The notes beneath the pieces were generated by a model. It saw nothing but the letters and a program-made list of their open reading frames with translations, did no database searches and was not told where the DNA came from. Below, in pieces: positions 27,569 through 38,876 of a stretch of 64,000 nt of DNA. The DNA comes from Epiperipatus broadwayi (lineage: Eukaryota; Animalia; Onychophora), in NCBI GenBank assembly GCA_028023455.1, contig JAQFVV010000005.1, forward strand, positions 22,444,001-22,508,000, given 5' to 3'. Position 1 is the first letter of the stretch. Each line of letters opens with the position of its first letter. The position numbers and the translations under genes were made by a program.

Positions 27569-28879
27569 TTTTCCAACTAAAGTGAAATGTAATGCATTTC
27601 TACAGGAATGAATAATATCTTCATAAGAACTTAATTATTTTTAATATATAAAATTGCTAAAGGGATTATGTAAATATTCAGGTGTTTTATCTTAATGGTT
27701 GGGTAAGTCCCAATTGGTTCTTATAAGGAATTAGTTGCGCACTGTATTTTGCATGTAAAATACTGACTTTCTTGGTTAAAGAGAAGAAATTATGCGATGG
27801 AATATAAAGTGTCTGCTTCTTCTTAGATGAAATCATAAGTTTTTTGCATAGGCTATTTGCCCAAGGATCTTGCTAACTGAATTAAAAACTTCTTCCTTTC
27901 AAAATCATTCTATACCATAATAAACTTACCTACTTTATACTTTCTATTACCAAATCATTCTCCTACTATAGACTCGTCTCTAACTCATCTCTACTCATCT
28001 CTTTTATATCTAATATTGTATTTTAATAAAAGCTATTTGTTAACTTCTGGCACTCTATTCTCATATTTATGTTTTTTGTCATAAATATGTAAGGAGAAAA
28101 CCAAAAAATCCTTTACCACTTTTTCTCTTCTAGCTTTGTTTTGATTCCATTCACCATATAATTTATCTTGAATATATTTCATTGTCCTACATTTCAAAAA
28201 TAAATGTTCAATACTTTATTTCCCTCCCACCTCTATATAAATCACATTTCCAGTCTGAATTTTTATTCCATAATTTGACTTCTCTTCTTGGTATTCTGCA
28301 GTTATATACTGCTAACAATTAAGCAGATTTCTGAAGAATTAATTTTTATAATTTTAGGCAGGAAGATAGCTTGTATATAAATATATGGGATATTTCAAAA
28401 GTTTGCATGTATAGAGAAAATGAAAAATTATAACTACAAAGATTTGTATTTACAAAATATTTATTACTAAATTTTACAAAATATTCTCACCATGTTTGCC
28501 ACCTCTTTCTAATCTCTCCCACTGACAGTGAACACATCCAAGATATCTATTAGCATGCAAATAATTGCATTTTGAATGCATTCCTTTAAATGATCTATGT
28601 TTTTTTTAAGTGGCCCCTGCAATTAAAAGTTCTCTACATACCGTGGCAACTAATATGAGTTTGTTAATTTTTTCTATTTATGGAGATTTTTTGGAAAACC
28701 CTGTATGTATAATAAACACCTCAATAAATTTTTAATATTATTTTACATATAAAGTCCAAGATTCGTACATAGTGGTCATTATTTTGTAATTTGTAGATAA
28801 AAATCTTTTCGTGAATTTGTGGCGATTTTGATGATTTTCTATTGTATAAAAATGTTTTTAATTGTACTTTTATTTTTAG

Positions 28880-28993
28880 CGGAAATTTCTAAAATTCCAA
28901 ATTGTGGACCAAATGCTCAGTTGATTGTGAACACCAAACAGTGTCAGTGTTTGCCAGGATTTACAGGAAATCCTCCCTTCACTTCCTGTTTAC
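28880..28993 (+). CDS. E7: four-Cys EGF variant EISKIPNCGPNAQLIVNTKQCQCLPGFTGNPPFTSCL
   Basis: tttttag acceptor, gtaaga donor, 114 nt, phase 1-1, CGPNA and CQC..GFTGNP motifs. Confidence 0.9.
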
Positions 28994-30316
28994 GTAAGAT
29001 TTACCTTTTTTTTAACAGTATATAGCTTTATACATGTACGCACATACTTTTATAATTAAATGAAATTATAAGTTGAATGGTAAATATTTGTTATTATTAT
29101 ACTGTTTTATAATTTATTTATTAATGCAGAGAAATTGTAACTATTAGAATAAATTGGGGCTTGAAATTCATTCTTACCAGTTTTATCCAACGTACTTTCA
29201 TTTTTAAGGAGGCTGACAACATATATCCATATATCAATTACTTAATTTAAATCAATTTCTCAGATTTCTCAATATTTATGATCAAAATCATTCATTGGCT
29301 CAGCTGTTTTTTTCGTGCTTGAAAGTCATTTGAATTCCTGGATGACATTTGATTATTTTTTGCCTACGCAAACATAAAGCAGTGAGTTCAAAGTTAAAGA
29401 CTCCAGTATTGATAATGGAATATTACTGTTAAAACTCAATCTGTCACTAGAGGGCTCAAATACCATATTATTTTCTGAACAAGTTAACATATGCTTTTTT
29501 TTTTTAGTTGTTTTTGAAAGAATTTGATATCTTTCTACATTTAAAAGCAAGGTCTTCTAAATGTAGTTTGATTCTAAACTCAGTTTTATTTTTTTAAGTT
29601 AGATTTCTTGATAGAGTGGATAAACAGCTTATATGGTTTCTACATCATTTTAAATCATAGAATCACTTAATATAAAAAATTGTAAATTATTATGTTGAGG
29701 GAATACTACATCAGGAGTATCTAATATTAGAGGTACTAATTAATTTTCAAGTCCCTCAATTATAAGTGGTGTAACCATAAAAAAAATTACTGGTAATGCA
29801 CAAGCAATTTATAATAACATTAAAAAACTGGTTACCTTCTGACAAATTCCTCATTACAATCAATTCCATTTGTCTTAATAATCTTTATGAAATTCCAAAT
29901 GTTGCTGATCAAATACCAGAAACAAAATATATTATTCCAACATCTTAATGATTCATTGAAAATATTCATCACAATAAAATATAAAATTCCTATTAGAATT
30001 ACAAGAAGTATCATCACCATTCTGATTATTATTATTTCTTTTAAAATCCCATTTTCATTTAAAACCTCTATCCCCTCAAAACATCTAACACTATAATTTT
30101 TGGATAAACCTCTTCAAAAAATTATAGACCTCCTAAAGATAATATTTTAACAAACTAATTATGATATGGATAAACCCGATCTGTTGCCTTTTTTTAACTT
30201 TGATATAACAATTTTATTTTTATTAGAAGTATATATTCTTATTCTTCTCTTTTACTTTCTTTGCATTTCTTCATATATATTTCTTATAATAACTTCTTTC
30301 ATATTCACTTTAATGC

Positions 30317-30425
30317 AAAAAAAATTAATAAAACTTTTTTTTTCTGATAGTTTTGACTGATGAAGACTGCTGGACAGTCGAAACTGTCAGGAAAATAAAG
30401 AAGTTTTATTAAAAAAATTTTTTTT
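30317..30425. repeat. Small foldback centred on a hammerhead core
   Basis: Left arm 30317-30359 is the reverse complement of 30375-30425. Confidence 0.7.
30357..30391 (+). ncRNA. Minimal hammerhead core with intact catalytic boxes, helix I 5' strand lost
   Basis: CUGAUGA-A-GACUG-CUGGA-CAGUC-GAAAC-U-GUC-AGG. Confidence 0.6.
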
Positions 30426-30504
30426 GCATTAAAGTGTATATGAAAGAAGTTATTATAAAAAAATTTATTTTTAATTTATTTTTACTTATTATTTTATATT
30501 TTAG

Positions 30505-30561
30505 GAATTCCGATAACTCCACCAATAACACCTCCTGTAACTCCTCCTGTAAATCCACCAA
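30505..30561 (+). CDS. E8: Pro/Thr linker IPITPPITPPVTPPVNPP
   Basis: ttttag acceptor, gtaagc donor, 57 nt, phase 1-1. Confidence 0.88.
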
Positions 30562-30772
30562 GTAAGCATATTTTAATTTTTTTTTTTTTAATAAAGAGTA
30601 TTAGTTGTGTTTCAGCATGCATCTAAACTTTATTAAAATATTTGATCGGAATTAAAATTAGTAACTAAATATAAATCCATTCTATTTGAAAAATTATGCA
30701 AAATAAAAGGAAATATATATATTACATAAATATTTTTGAATTTTATTTGTATAGTTATACATTCTGTTTTAG

Positions 30773-30889
30773 CCTGTGCAGATATTAGTTGTCCACCCCC
30801 AAGTATTTGTCAACCATTTGGGAATTTCCCATTGTGTGTTTGTCCTCCAGGATTTGTTGGAGAACCTTTCAGGGTTGGATGTCATCAAG
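30773..30889 (+). CDS. E9: EGF module CADISCPPPSICQPFGNFPLCVCPPGFVGEPFRVGCHQ
   Basis: ttttag acceptor, gtgaat donor, 117 nt, phase 1-1, six Cys. Confidence 0.9.
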
Positions 30890-32883
30890 GTGAATAAATT
30901 AAATTTATTTTTGACTAAATTAAAATTTATTTTTCAGTTTTATATTTATGTAAATTTGTCTACAATATTTTTTTTAGTTGATATAAAATAATCCAATAGT
31001 TTATTGTTTGAAGTCCATAAGACATCTAAAGAACCAAAGTATGCCATTATATAAATAACCAAATCATGCTCAAGAGTATATAGGGAGATTTGAGCACTGA
31101 AAGTGACGAAACTGAGTTCGATCCATGGATCTTGAACACCAGGGGCTGCTACTCCATAACTTCTAGAGTGTTTGGTTTAATGAAAATATATTTAAAAATG
31201 AATACTTTTTATATGTTAAGCAATGTTAAAATTTTATTTATAAACTTATTAACCAGTTCAGAAAGATAAAATGATAAAACCATTACAAATTAGAAGAAAT
31301 ATTATCTCTCTTGTTTATTTCTTTTAGCATTAGATAATTTAATTTTTGTCTGCACTCACATCTATTAAATACACTGAAGTAATCCTAAACTGTGAGGGGG
31401 GTGGGACAGAATAAAAGCACCACTTTTTAGAGAACCTTAAACAGGAATCACATGATAATTGATTTAGTTTGTACTATCTTTATCAAAAGATTAAAGAGGC
31501 ACCCTTACCTTATAAGTGAGGCCACTAAAATACCTAGATGTTGGACTGGTCTGTCAGAACCTGGGCCCAAAATATTATGGTTTTGGAATAATTATGTTAC
31601 TACTCAATTTATGCTGTTTAATCAACATGGCTGAGATACATTTGCGATATTAATTTTTACTCATTTTTAACAACCTTAAGTATATTCCCACATTTTCAAG
31701 ATTTTCTCATAATCTGTTTCTATCCACCCTATCATGTGCCTCTGCTATATCTAAAAATGCATTAAATAATGGTTTTTACAACCCTGCGAGAATCTTAAAA
31801 TACCAATCAAGTCGCATCCGCTACAAAGAAAGAGACAATAATGCAATTAAAATTTAACATTAGTTTATTTATTTGTAACAAATAACAAATATATAACTAA
31901 ATTAAAACTAAACATTAATCTTTATCTTCGACTAATATATGTATAACAGCTCTATACATACACGCTTTAACAATTTATTTCTTTGTATCATTTTTGCAGA
32001 GCTTCTTGCATGTGCACATGCCTTTGCCATTTTATGTTCTGCAATTTCTGAATAAAAGTAATTAGTGCTATGTCCAGCGGTGACCAAGTTACAGCACAGC
32101 TGAATTGGAAATTTTAAAGAAATGACATTAATATCATCATAAGCAGCATGGCAATTAAAATTATTGATACTCCATAATTTTTTAATAGTTATTTAGAAAC
32201 TTTCTTCACTCTTCAACATATGAAGTTATACATATATATTTACAACGGGTTAAAGGAAGTTAATTTATATGGGTCCTGCGACCTGGTACTGTGGTCCCAA
32301 AATATTAATTAAAGTCCGGAGAATAGTTCTCGGAGTGGCCAGATTGGCAAGGCTGACAGTAATTGCCAGAGGAAGAACACATCTGTTCTTCAAGGGCTTC
32401 AACTAGCTAATCTTTTTCTCTTCCCTTTTCTAGTGAAGATCATGGCTCAAGTTTCCCTTTTAATAAATCTAATTGGTTGTAGTCTAATGGTATCATGTGG
32501 TAGTACCCCTGTTATTACATTCCAACCTGCATTTTTGTTATATAATAAAAGTTCTTATTATTTTTAATTAATTAAAGTTTTCTTTTCTCTGATAATTCTT
32601 ATCAGGAATCCAGTCCATATTTTACAATGGCATTTAATTAAATTTGCTATAGAGCTATTTAATATTTAATCAGAGTTGCTGATCCTTAAATTAATTTCGC
32701 CTAATTAGTTCATAGCATTTTTATATATCCATTGCATTTATACACGCATATACTTTATTTAACTTTACATTTTCACCTCTTTTTCTGTTTCAATAAAAAT
32801 ACGTGTTTGATCAGATTTTTTTAATATATGCGTATTTAGCACACCTCCCCCCAGTTCAGAGATCAGAGGGTTTTTGTTTTCTG

Positions 32884-33015
32884 CTCTCAGTTCCAAGGCA
32901 TCTCACTGATGAAGGCCACAAGCTAGAAACTAGTCTGGGGATATTGGATGAGTAGGCACTAGATGGGGATTTTATGTCAAGCCTTCTGGCATCCATTGAT
33001 TATTCTAGCTTGCAG
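32884..33015 (+). repeat. Family A copy containing a hammerhead, sense to host gene
   Basis: About 80% match to the reverse complement of 34690-34810. Confidence 0.8.
32902..32939 (+). ncRNA. Family A minimal hammerhead, near-intact
   Basis: CUCA-CUGAUGA-AGGC-CACAA-GCUA-GAAAC-UA-GUC-UGGG; helix I 4 bp, palindromic ACUAGU helix III, A.A mismatch at the base of helix II. Confidence 0.6.
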
Positions 33016-33405
33016 TGAGTGGCAATATATATAGTGAGCTCTGCTCAGGAGTGGTAGTTATATATTTTAATAACTTCCATTTTTTTTAACTGTATTAATT
33101 TTTCTAACTGTTAATAATATTTCTATTCCTGGGCATGAATGTTAATAATAAATCACTTAGTTCATTCAGTATGTGATTAACAAGGGCATTTCTTTATTCT
33201 AGTACTATCTTCTATAATCTTGAATTATTAGTGATTACCAAATGATAATGTATTTAAATCTTTGCCTTTATCACTGTTACTATAGTTTAAGACAAAATAA
33301 TTAAAATTATTTTTAAAAATTTCATATTTTTGTGTTTTGATTAGTATGAAACATATTTGATATCTAATAAAACTTGTAATCATGTGCTGATTTTTTTTCT
33401 TTTAG

Positions 33406-33525
33406 TTGAAACTCCCTGTAAATGTGGACCAAAAGCAGTGTGTCAACCAGGTGATACAAAATTAGTGTGTGTCTGTCCTCCAGGATTTACAGGAAATCCT
33501 ACATCTTCTCAGGGTTGTGTTAGAA
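33406..33525 (+). CDS. E10: EGF module ETPCKCGPKAVCQPGDTKLVCVCPPGFTGNPTSSQGCVR
   Basis: Polypyrimidine plus tag acceptor, gtaagt donor, 120 nt, phase 1-1, six Cys. Confidence 0.92.
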
Positions 33526-33713
33526 GTAAGTGAAATAAAAATAGTATTTAAATAATGCATGGTTAATGTTTAATACATTTTCCTCTCTTCTTCAAGGGTT
33601 GCTGCCCTGACCAGTAACAGTATTAGCTTGGAGATTGAATCAGCTTTAGACTCATTACTATTAAATTTAAGCTTGTAATTCAAACCTAAATTGAAAACTT
33701 TGTGTGCGAAAAT

Positions 33714-34169
33714 ATATTTGTAAAATAATATAGGCACTATTGGCACCTGACCACAAAGCTACTTTTTACTTAAAAACACAATAAAAATATATTACTTGCA
33801 AGTGCGTTCAAGAGACGTGCTCTCATCTTCATAGCTCTGAGTGAAGTAATTATATGCAAATTATGCAAAGTTCAAAGGTTAATTACTCCATTTCTTAGAG
33901 ATCGCGAAGCATGTATCTTTGCGGTACATTGTACGATTTATTTTTGATTCTGCAGCAATTTGGAATAACCACAAAGATACATGCTTCCCGATCTCAAAGA
34001 AATGGAGTAATTAACCTTTGAACTTTGCATAATTTGCATATAATTACTTCACTCAGAGCTATGAAGATGAGAGCATGTCTCTTGAAAGCACTTGCAGAGT
34101 AATATGTTTTTAAGTAAAAAGTAGCTTTGCAGTCAGGTGCCCATAGCGCCCATATTATTTTACAAATAT
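33714..34169. mobile_element. Foldback / MITE-like element, about 200-bp arms
   Basis: Arms 33714-33925 / 33968-34169, 42-bp spacer; no hammerhead seen. Confidence 0.8.
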
Positions 34170-34638
34170 TAAATTTAAGGTGATTTAATCACCAACTAGG
34201 CTATATTGTCAAAGCAGAAGTTCACAGAAATTGTATACATTTATCCACTAGGATCCTGCTGATTTAGTTAGCTTTTTTTTTTAAGATCAACATTAATGAG
34301 TAGTTCCTAAGACATTTTGGATTATCACACTAGATTGACTTACAGGATTTTTACCATTGTTGTGTGAGTAGTTTTTCTACCATTACAAATGATTGCTAAT
34401 AATCATTAATATTTTATCTAAAATGGTTGATGTCAGAAGTGTGAGGGCAAGATGTTTGAAACTTGGAGATCAAGTGGTAGTAATTTAATTGCTGTGAACT
34501 CATTTTAAACCTACTTCAAAGAATGATTTGTCCAAATTACAGCATCCTCTAGCTGAGTTTCAGAATAAAATTTAGCTGACTATTGCAATAATAATTGCAT
34601 AAACAAATAGCTAATAGTACAAAAAATCATTCAAATCA

Positions 34639-34988
34639 CTATTAAACAGACAAAACTCTCCGTACAGTAATGCCACCCTGTGCCAACCAGAGTAATCAAT
34701 GGATACCAGAAGGCTTGTGCATATTATCTTGATCTAATGCCTACACATCCAGTAGCCCCAGACTAGTTTCTGGCTTGCGGCCTTCAGTGAGGAGCCTTGG
34801 ATCTGAGAACACTGTGCCTAGATCTTAGGATCTAATGCAGCCCTCCAGCAGCCACCTTTTACCTCTTCTGGCATTCATTGATTACTCTAGTTAGCACAAG
34901 GTGGCACTACTGTATGGAGAGTTTTGCCTGTTTAATAATAGTTATGTGCTAGCATAAGAGATGGTGATCATATGATGTTTAGTGGTTC
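34639..34988. repeat. Family A foldback copy with a core-deleted hammerhead on the minus strand (34756-34792)
   Basis: Arms 34641-34703 / 34868-34936; minus strand CCUCA-CUGA(del UGA)-AGGC-CGCAA-GCCA-GAAAC-UA-GUC-UGGGG. Confidence 0.8.
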
Positions 34989-35787
34989 AAATAACTATTG
35001 TCAGTAAATCTAATTGTTCATACGAAGATTGATGTTGTTATCTATATAAATATCTGACGTTCATTTGAAAGAGACAAATGTTACTGATTCACATTGGCAC
35101 AGTAATTCATTGGTCTGAAATTACTCTGATAGTAACACACATTGCCACTATTTGCATAATACATTGAGGCATGAGTGAGTAGCTGCAGGCAGAAAATAGC
35201 ATTGACTCTTTTACAAGACAAGTCTATATAGCTGGAAATATTAGAGGTTTATTAGAATGAGTCACTGCATTCCTTCAATTTTCTGGTTGTTACTGCGACA
35301 TCATATTTGGAATCATTTCAATTGTAGAAGGTAGTGATCTCATAAATATATGCAGTAAATATTTTGATATTTTTTGTTATAATTCAATTATTTATTAGCT
35401 GGAAAACATTATTTTCTGATAGTAAATCGTGTCCATTAATGTATAAGTCTTATGAAAATAATAACTTACTGATGCAGTTTAGTGAACCAAAAACTTCATG
35501 TCACAGTGAATTATTAGGTATTCAATTCTTACTTTAATTATCTACAGAATACATATGACATTCGATGTAGAAATGTTTAACTCACAAAGTTTCTGTAGAA
35601 AGTAAGAAGTAAATGTAAACTAATATGAGAAACAGCTTTACTTTAGATGAATTTACATGCTAATGTATATTTAAATTACCCAAATCACCCTTTTTTTTAT
35701 TTTGCTGTAATATTCTATAAATACTATTTATCCAAACCACTTTGAAGACTTTTTAGCAAAACTCTTTATTTGTACATATATACATAC

Positions 35788-35824
35788 ACCTACGTTTCGA
35801 CTGTCCTGCAGTCTTCTTCAGAGC
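35788..35824 (-). ncRNA. Family B minimal hammerhead, core intact
   Basis: GCU-CUGAAGA-A-GACUG-CAGGA-CAGUC-GAAAC-GUA-GGU; helix I only 3 bp with wobbles. Confidence 0.65.
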
Positions 35825-35862
35825 CAGTTCATTTTAATTTTTTAAAAAAACGTTTTGAACTG

Positions 35863-35899
35863 GCTCTGAAGAAGACTGCAGGACAGTCGAAATGTAGGT
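35863..35899 (+). ncRNA. Family B hammerhead, sense copy with C15.2 to U
   Basis: As the antisense arm but GAAAU-GUA. Confidence 0.55.
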
Positions 35900-36004
35900 G
35901 TATGTATATATGTGCAAATAAATAGTTTTGCTAAAAAGTGTTCAAAGTGGTTTGGATAAATTGTATATATTTAAATTACTTAACAGAGTTTAATTTTTTT
36001 ATAG

Positions 36005-36127
36005 TACCAAATCCTTGTGAGGTGGATAATCCATGTTCACCTCCAGCTGAATGTAGGATTCATTCTTCCACTGGTCAAATTGTCTGTGTTTGCCCTCCTC
36101 ACCTGATACCATCTCGGGATGGATGCA
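36005..36127 (+). CDS. E11: EGF module PNPCEVDNPCSPPAECRIHSSTGQIVCVCPPHLIPSRDGC
   Basis: tttttatag acceptor, gtaagt donor, 123 nt, phase 1-1, six Cys; inside ORF 35938-36378. Confidence 0.92.
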
Positions 36128-36205
36128 GTAAGTTTGTATATTCTTTTAGATACATTTGCAATTTGTTTTGTGACATTTTTATTTATGTTTCGTTTACTTA
36201 TTTAG

Positions 36206-36346
36206 TTGCAAAACCACCACCTGATCCATGCAGTCTTATAACTTGTGGTCCGTACGCTGGATGTATCACTGTTCGTGATCAGGGGAAATGTGTGTGCCCA
36301 CCTGGGTATAGTGGAGATCCAAATTCAGAAAAAGGGTGCTTTCAAC
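36206..36346 (+). CDS. E12: EGF module AKPPPDPCSLITCGPYAGCITVRDQGKCVCPPGYSGDPNSEKGCFQ
   Basis: tttag acceptor, gtatgt donor, 141 nt, phase 1-1, six Cys. Confidence 0.92.
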
Positions 36347-37329
36347 GTATGTATTTATTTATTCATAGACATACATAAAGTACACAGTTATCAGTTTTAA
36401 AGTACAATTTTTTTATATAAATATAATTTTATATTCTTTTCAATTTTAAAACACTGTTATATACTTACATAGTAATAAGCATGTTCAATTCTGCCTAAAG
36501 ACATGTTCTATACACTTCACAATTATATTCTCTCTATTTTCTTATTATTTTATTTAGGATTTTTCTGAAATTACAATAGTTAAAATTTTCCTATAGTTAT
36601 GCCACCTATTTATAAGCTCGAGAAATCAATAGATTTTTTTGCTCATTAAATCCCTATCCATTTCCTCAGACTAATTTTTGTTTTAAGGCATTTATCAGTT
36701 AGGAGTTTTGGAGTTGAGTTCATTGCACTAGTATTTTTTGTATCAAATGCACTTTTCATCTATTATCTACGTTTTATAAAGCTATCATCTTGACATTCAA
36801 AAATATCTTAATATTTAGAATATAAGCTATCTTGCATTGTTATATTGAATTAGCCCAATTTAATATCTATATCCTTTGGCGTCTTCAGTTTTGGTGTAAA
36901 ACCAAAATATTATCACATGACTTCTGCTTAAACAATTGATTTCAATAATTTTTTCATGCCGTCTTTTACAGATTGAATAATCAACAGATGCCAAATGGTA
37001 ATGTTTATTAAATGCCTATCCACTTCTATCTTATTTATATTTCCCAACTAATTTCTTGCAACAGTGAGATTTGGATCGAAACCTAGTGCACAAAAATTCT
37101 CTAAAGTTTTGAACTCAAGTCAATTGTTTATATAGCTATATAGATCAGATATTGGTCCAGTAACTACATATTTTAGTGTTTTATTTTTAAGCTGATTATA
37201 GATTCCTTTTAGTTTTTATATAGCATAATTCATATCAACAAGATATCACATCAATTTTTTTTATTCTCCCTACTCTTTTGATGTCTGACTCAAACTTTAG
37301 TAATCAATAAATTTTAGATGGTAGTGGTT

Positions 37330-38100
37330 CTTAAATCCTTATCCAGAGCTATCCTATACAAATATCTCCAGGCTAGTTTCTATCTTATTGCTTTCATCAG
37401 TGAAGAGCTTTTTGAACATTTTTTGAATAGTGCATTGAAAATAGCAGATTTTCTAATGAATAGCAATATGTGTAAGCTAAAGTCGTGGTGTTTGTTGGTC
37501 ATGAATGTATTGTTGATTAAAGCAGCACGTGACCTTCTCTGATATACTTAATATAAACCATATCAGCTTAAAAGTGGAAGAGACTTCCAATTAATATCAA
37601 ACTGATATCATTTAGAAATTTTAAATTTCTGGCTATTAATATTACCTGCCAGATATATAATTGTATTAATTCTGGGCTACAATTATCACTGATGAATGCT
37701 ATAAGCCAGAAACTGCACTAGAGATGTGGATGTAATGTTAATTGATTATCAAGTTTACAGTAAGTTGCTCTGGAATAGAATCAAGAGAACTATTTCTGAA
37801 AGTATTTTCGAGGGTAGGCAGAGAAAGACATATAACATTTTGTTGGTTTTAAATAAAATCAAAGAGCAGTTATTTTCAGTTTTTGTATATTATAAAAATC
37901 TCAATTCTATAATAATTGTAGGCCCCTTAGCTTGAAAAGAACAAAGGGTGAAACATAATTGCCTGAATTCCAGATTTGAAGCCTAATATTTAGTAATGAT
38001 GGTAAGAGCCAGAAACTAGTCTGATGATGAGGATTTTATAAAGCTTTATCATCTCTGGTATATATTGGTTATTCAAGCTTACAGTAGATGGCTCTAGAGT
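37330..38100. repeat. Cluster of old Family A copies with decayed hammerheads (37366-37405 minus; 37685-37720 and 37992-38024 plus)
   Basis: Residual CUGAUGA-AAGC-AAUAA-GAUA-GAAAC-UA-GCC, CUGAUGA-AUGC-UAUAA-GCCA-GAAAC and UGGU-AAGA-GCCA-GAAAC-UA-GUC. Confidence 0.6.
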
Positions 38101-38375
38101 AAGGTAAAATCTGTCAGAAATCATGTAAAGTTGTTAAGTTAAATAAATTCTTAGCTAAGTATAACAGACGGGGTGGTCAAAATGTTCAAATAAATTGCAT
38201 CAGATGATTTTTACTAAAGAGAGGATATTTTATTTTTACTACATGGTTAGCAGTAATTTATTGTCCAACATTACTGATCTACAATCTTGTACTAAGTACG
38301 TGTATTTATATTTTTAAAGCATCTTTTGTATAAGTGTGATGTACATGCATTTTAAAACATAATATTAAATTTCAG

Positions 38376-38504
38376 CTCCAGTTTCTCCACATCCCTGCAA
38401 GAAATGTGGAGAATTCACAGAATGTGAACCTGATGGCAAGGGTAGTTACGTTTGTGTGTGTGGAGTAGGCTTTACTGGAGATCCGTATAAAGGATGTAAA
38501 TTAA
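38376..38504 (+). CDS. E13: EGF module PVSPHPCKKCGEFTECEPDGKGSYVCVCGVGFTGDPYKGCKL
   Basis: tttcag acceptor, gtaagt donor, 129 nt, phase 1-1, six Cys. Confidence 0.92.
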
Positions 38505-38768
38505 GTAAGTTATGTTTTTCTAAATGAAAACAATTTTTTAAAAAGAGAAAAAAGCACTTTTAAATAGCATTTAAAATTATAGATTATTAATGTAATATTA
38601 TTAGAATTAATAAATTTTTAATTAAAATTTGTAATTCTTAAATCTCTCTCATTTTGAAACTTTATTTTTAATTTTCATTTTAATTAATGTAGCAGACTTA
38701 CCCAGTAAACTTACTTTTGAAAATGGAATATTTACTTCTATCAAAGAGGATTTAAAACATATATCAAG

Positions 38769-38876
38769 CTGTCAATCGTTGGTGGCCGAGTGGTCAGCAC
38801 AGCTGCCTTACAAGCAGTTGTCCCGGGTTCGCAGGTTTGCTTCCCGGCCGATGCTTTGACACATGAAAAAAAAAGA
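38769..38876 (+). pseudogene. Retroposed tRNA-Gly(TCC)-derived pseudogene or tiny SINE
   Basis: Body 38776-38855 resembles metazoan Gly-TCC (CGTTGGTGG..AGTGGT.AGCA.AGCTGCCTT[A]CAAGCAGTTG.CCCGGGTTCG..TTCCCGGCCGATGC); anticodon now TAC; insertion in T loop; A-rich tail; 10-bp TSD ATATATCAAG at 38759-38768 and 38877-38886. Confidence 0.8.

Larger units (their letters stand above)
35727..35960. mobile_element. Family B foldback element with a hammerhead in each arm
   Basis: Arms 35727-35831 / 35856-35960; same family as 41534-42453; family similarity extends left to about 35665. Confidence 0.85.

Noticed and set aside
31380-32340. Possible DNA transposon or integrase-like remnant (Cys-rich CTCKKLC on the minus strand near 32000)
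   Set aside because: Too decayed to assign by eye; no termini identified
32843-32862. Isolated PPT-like acctccccccagttcagagat similar to 14908-14928
   Set aside because: Too short to call an LTR boundary, and no matching LTR or internal region is adjacent
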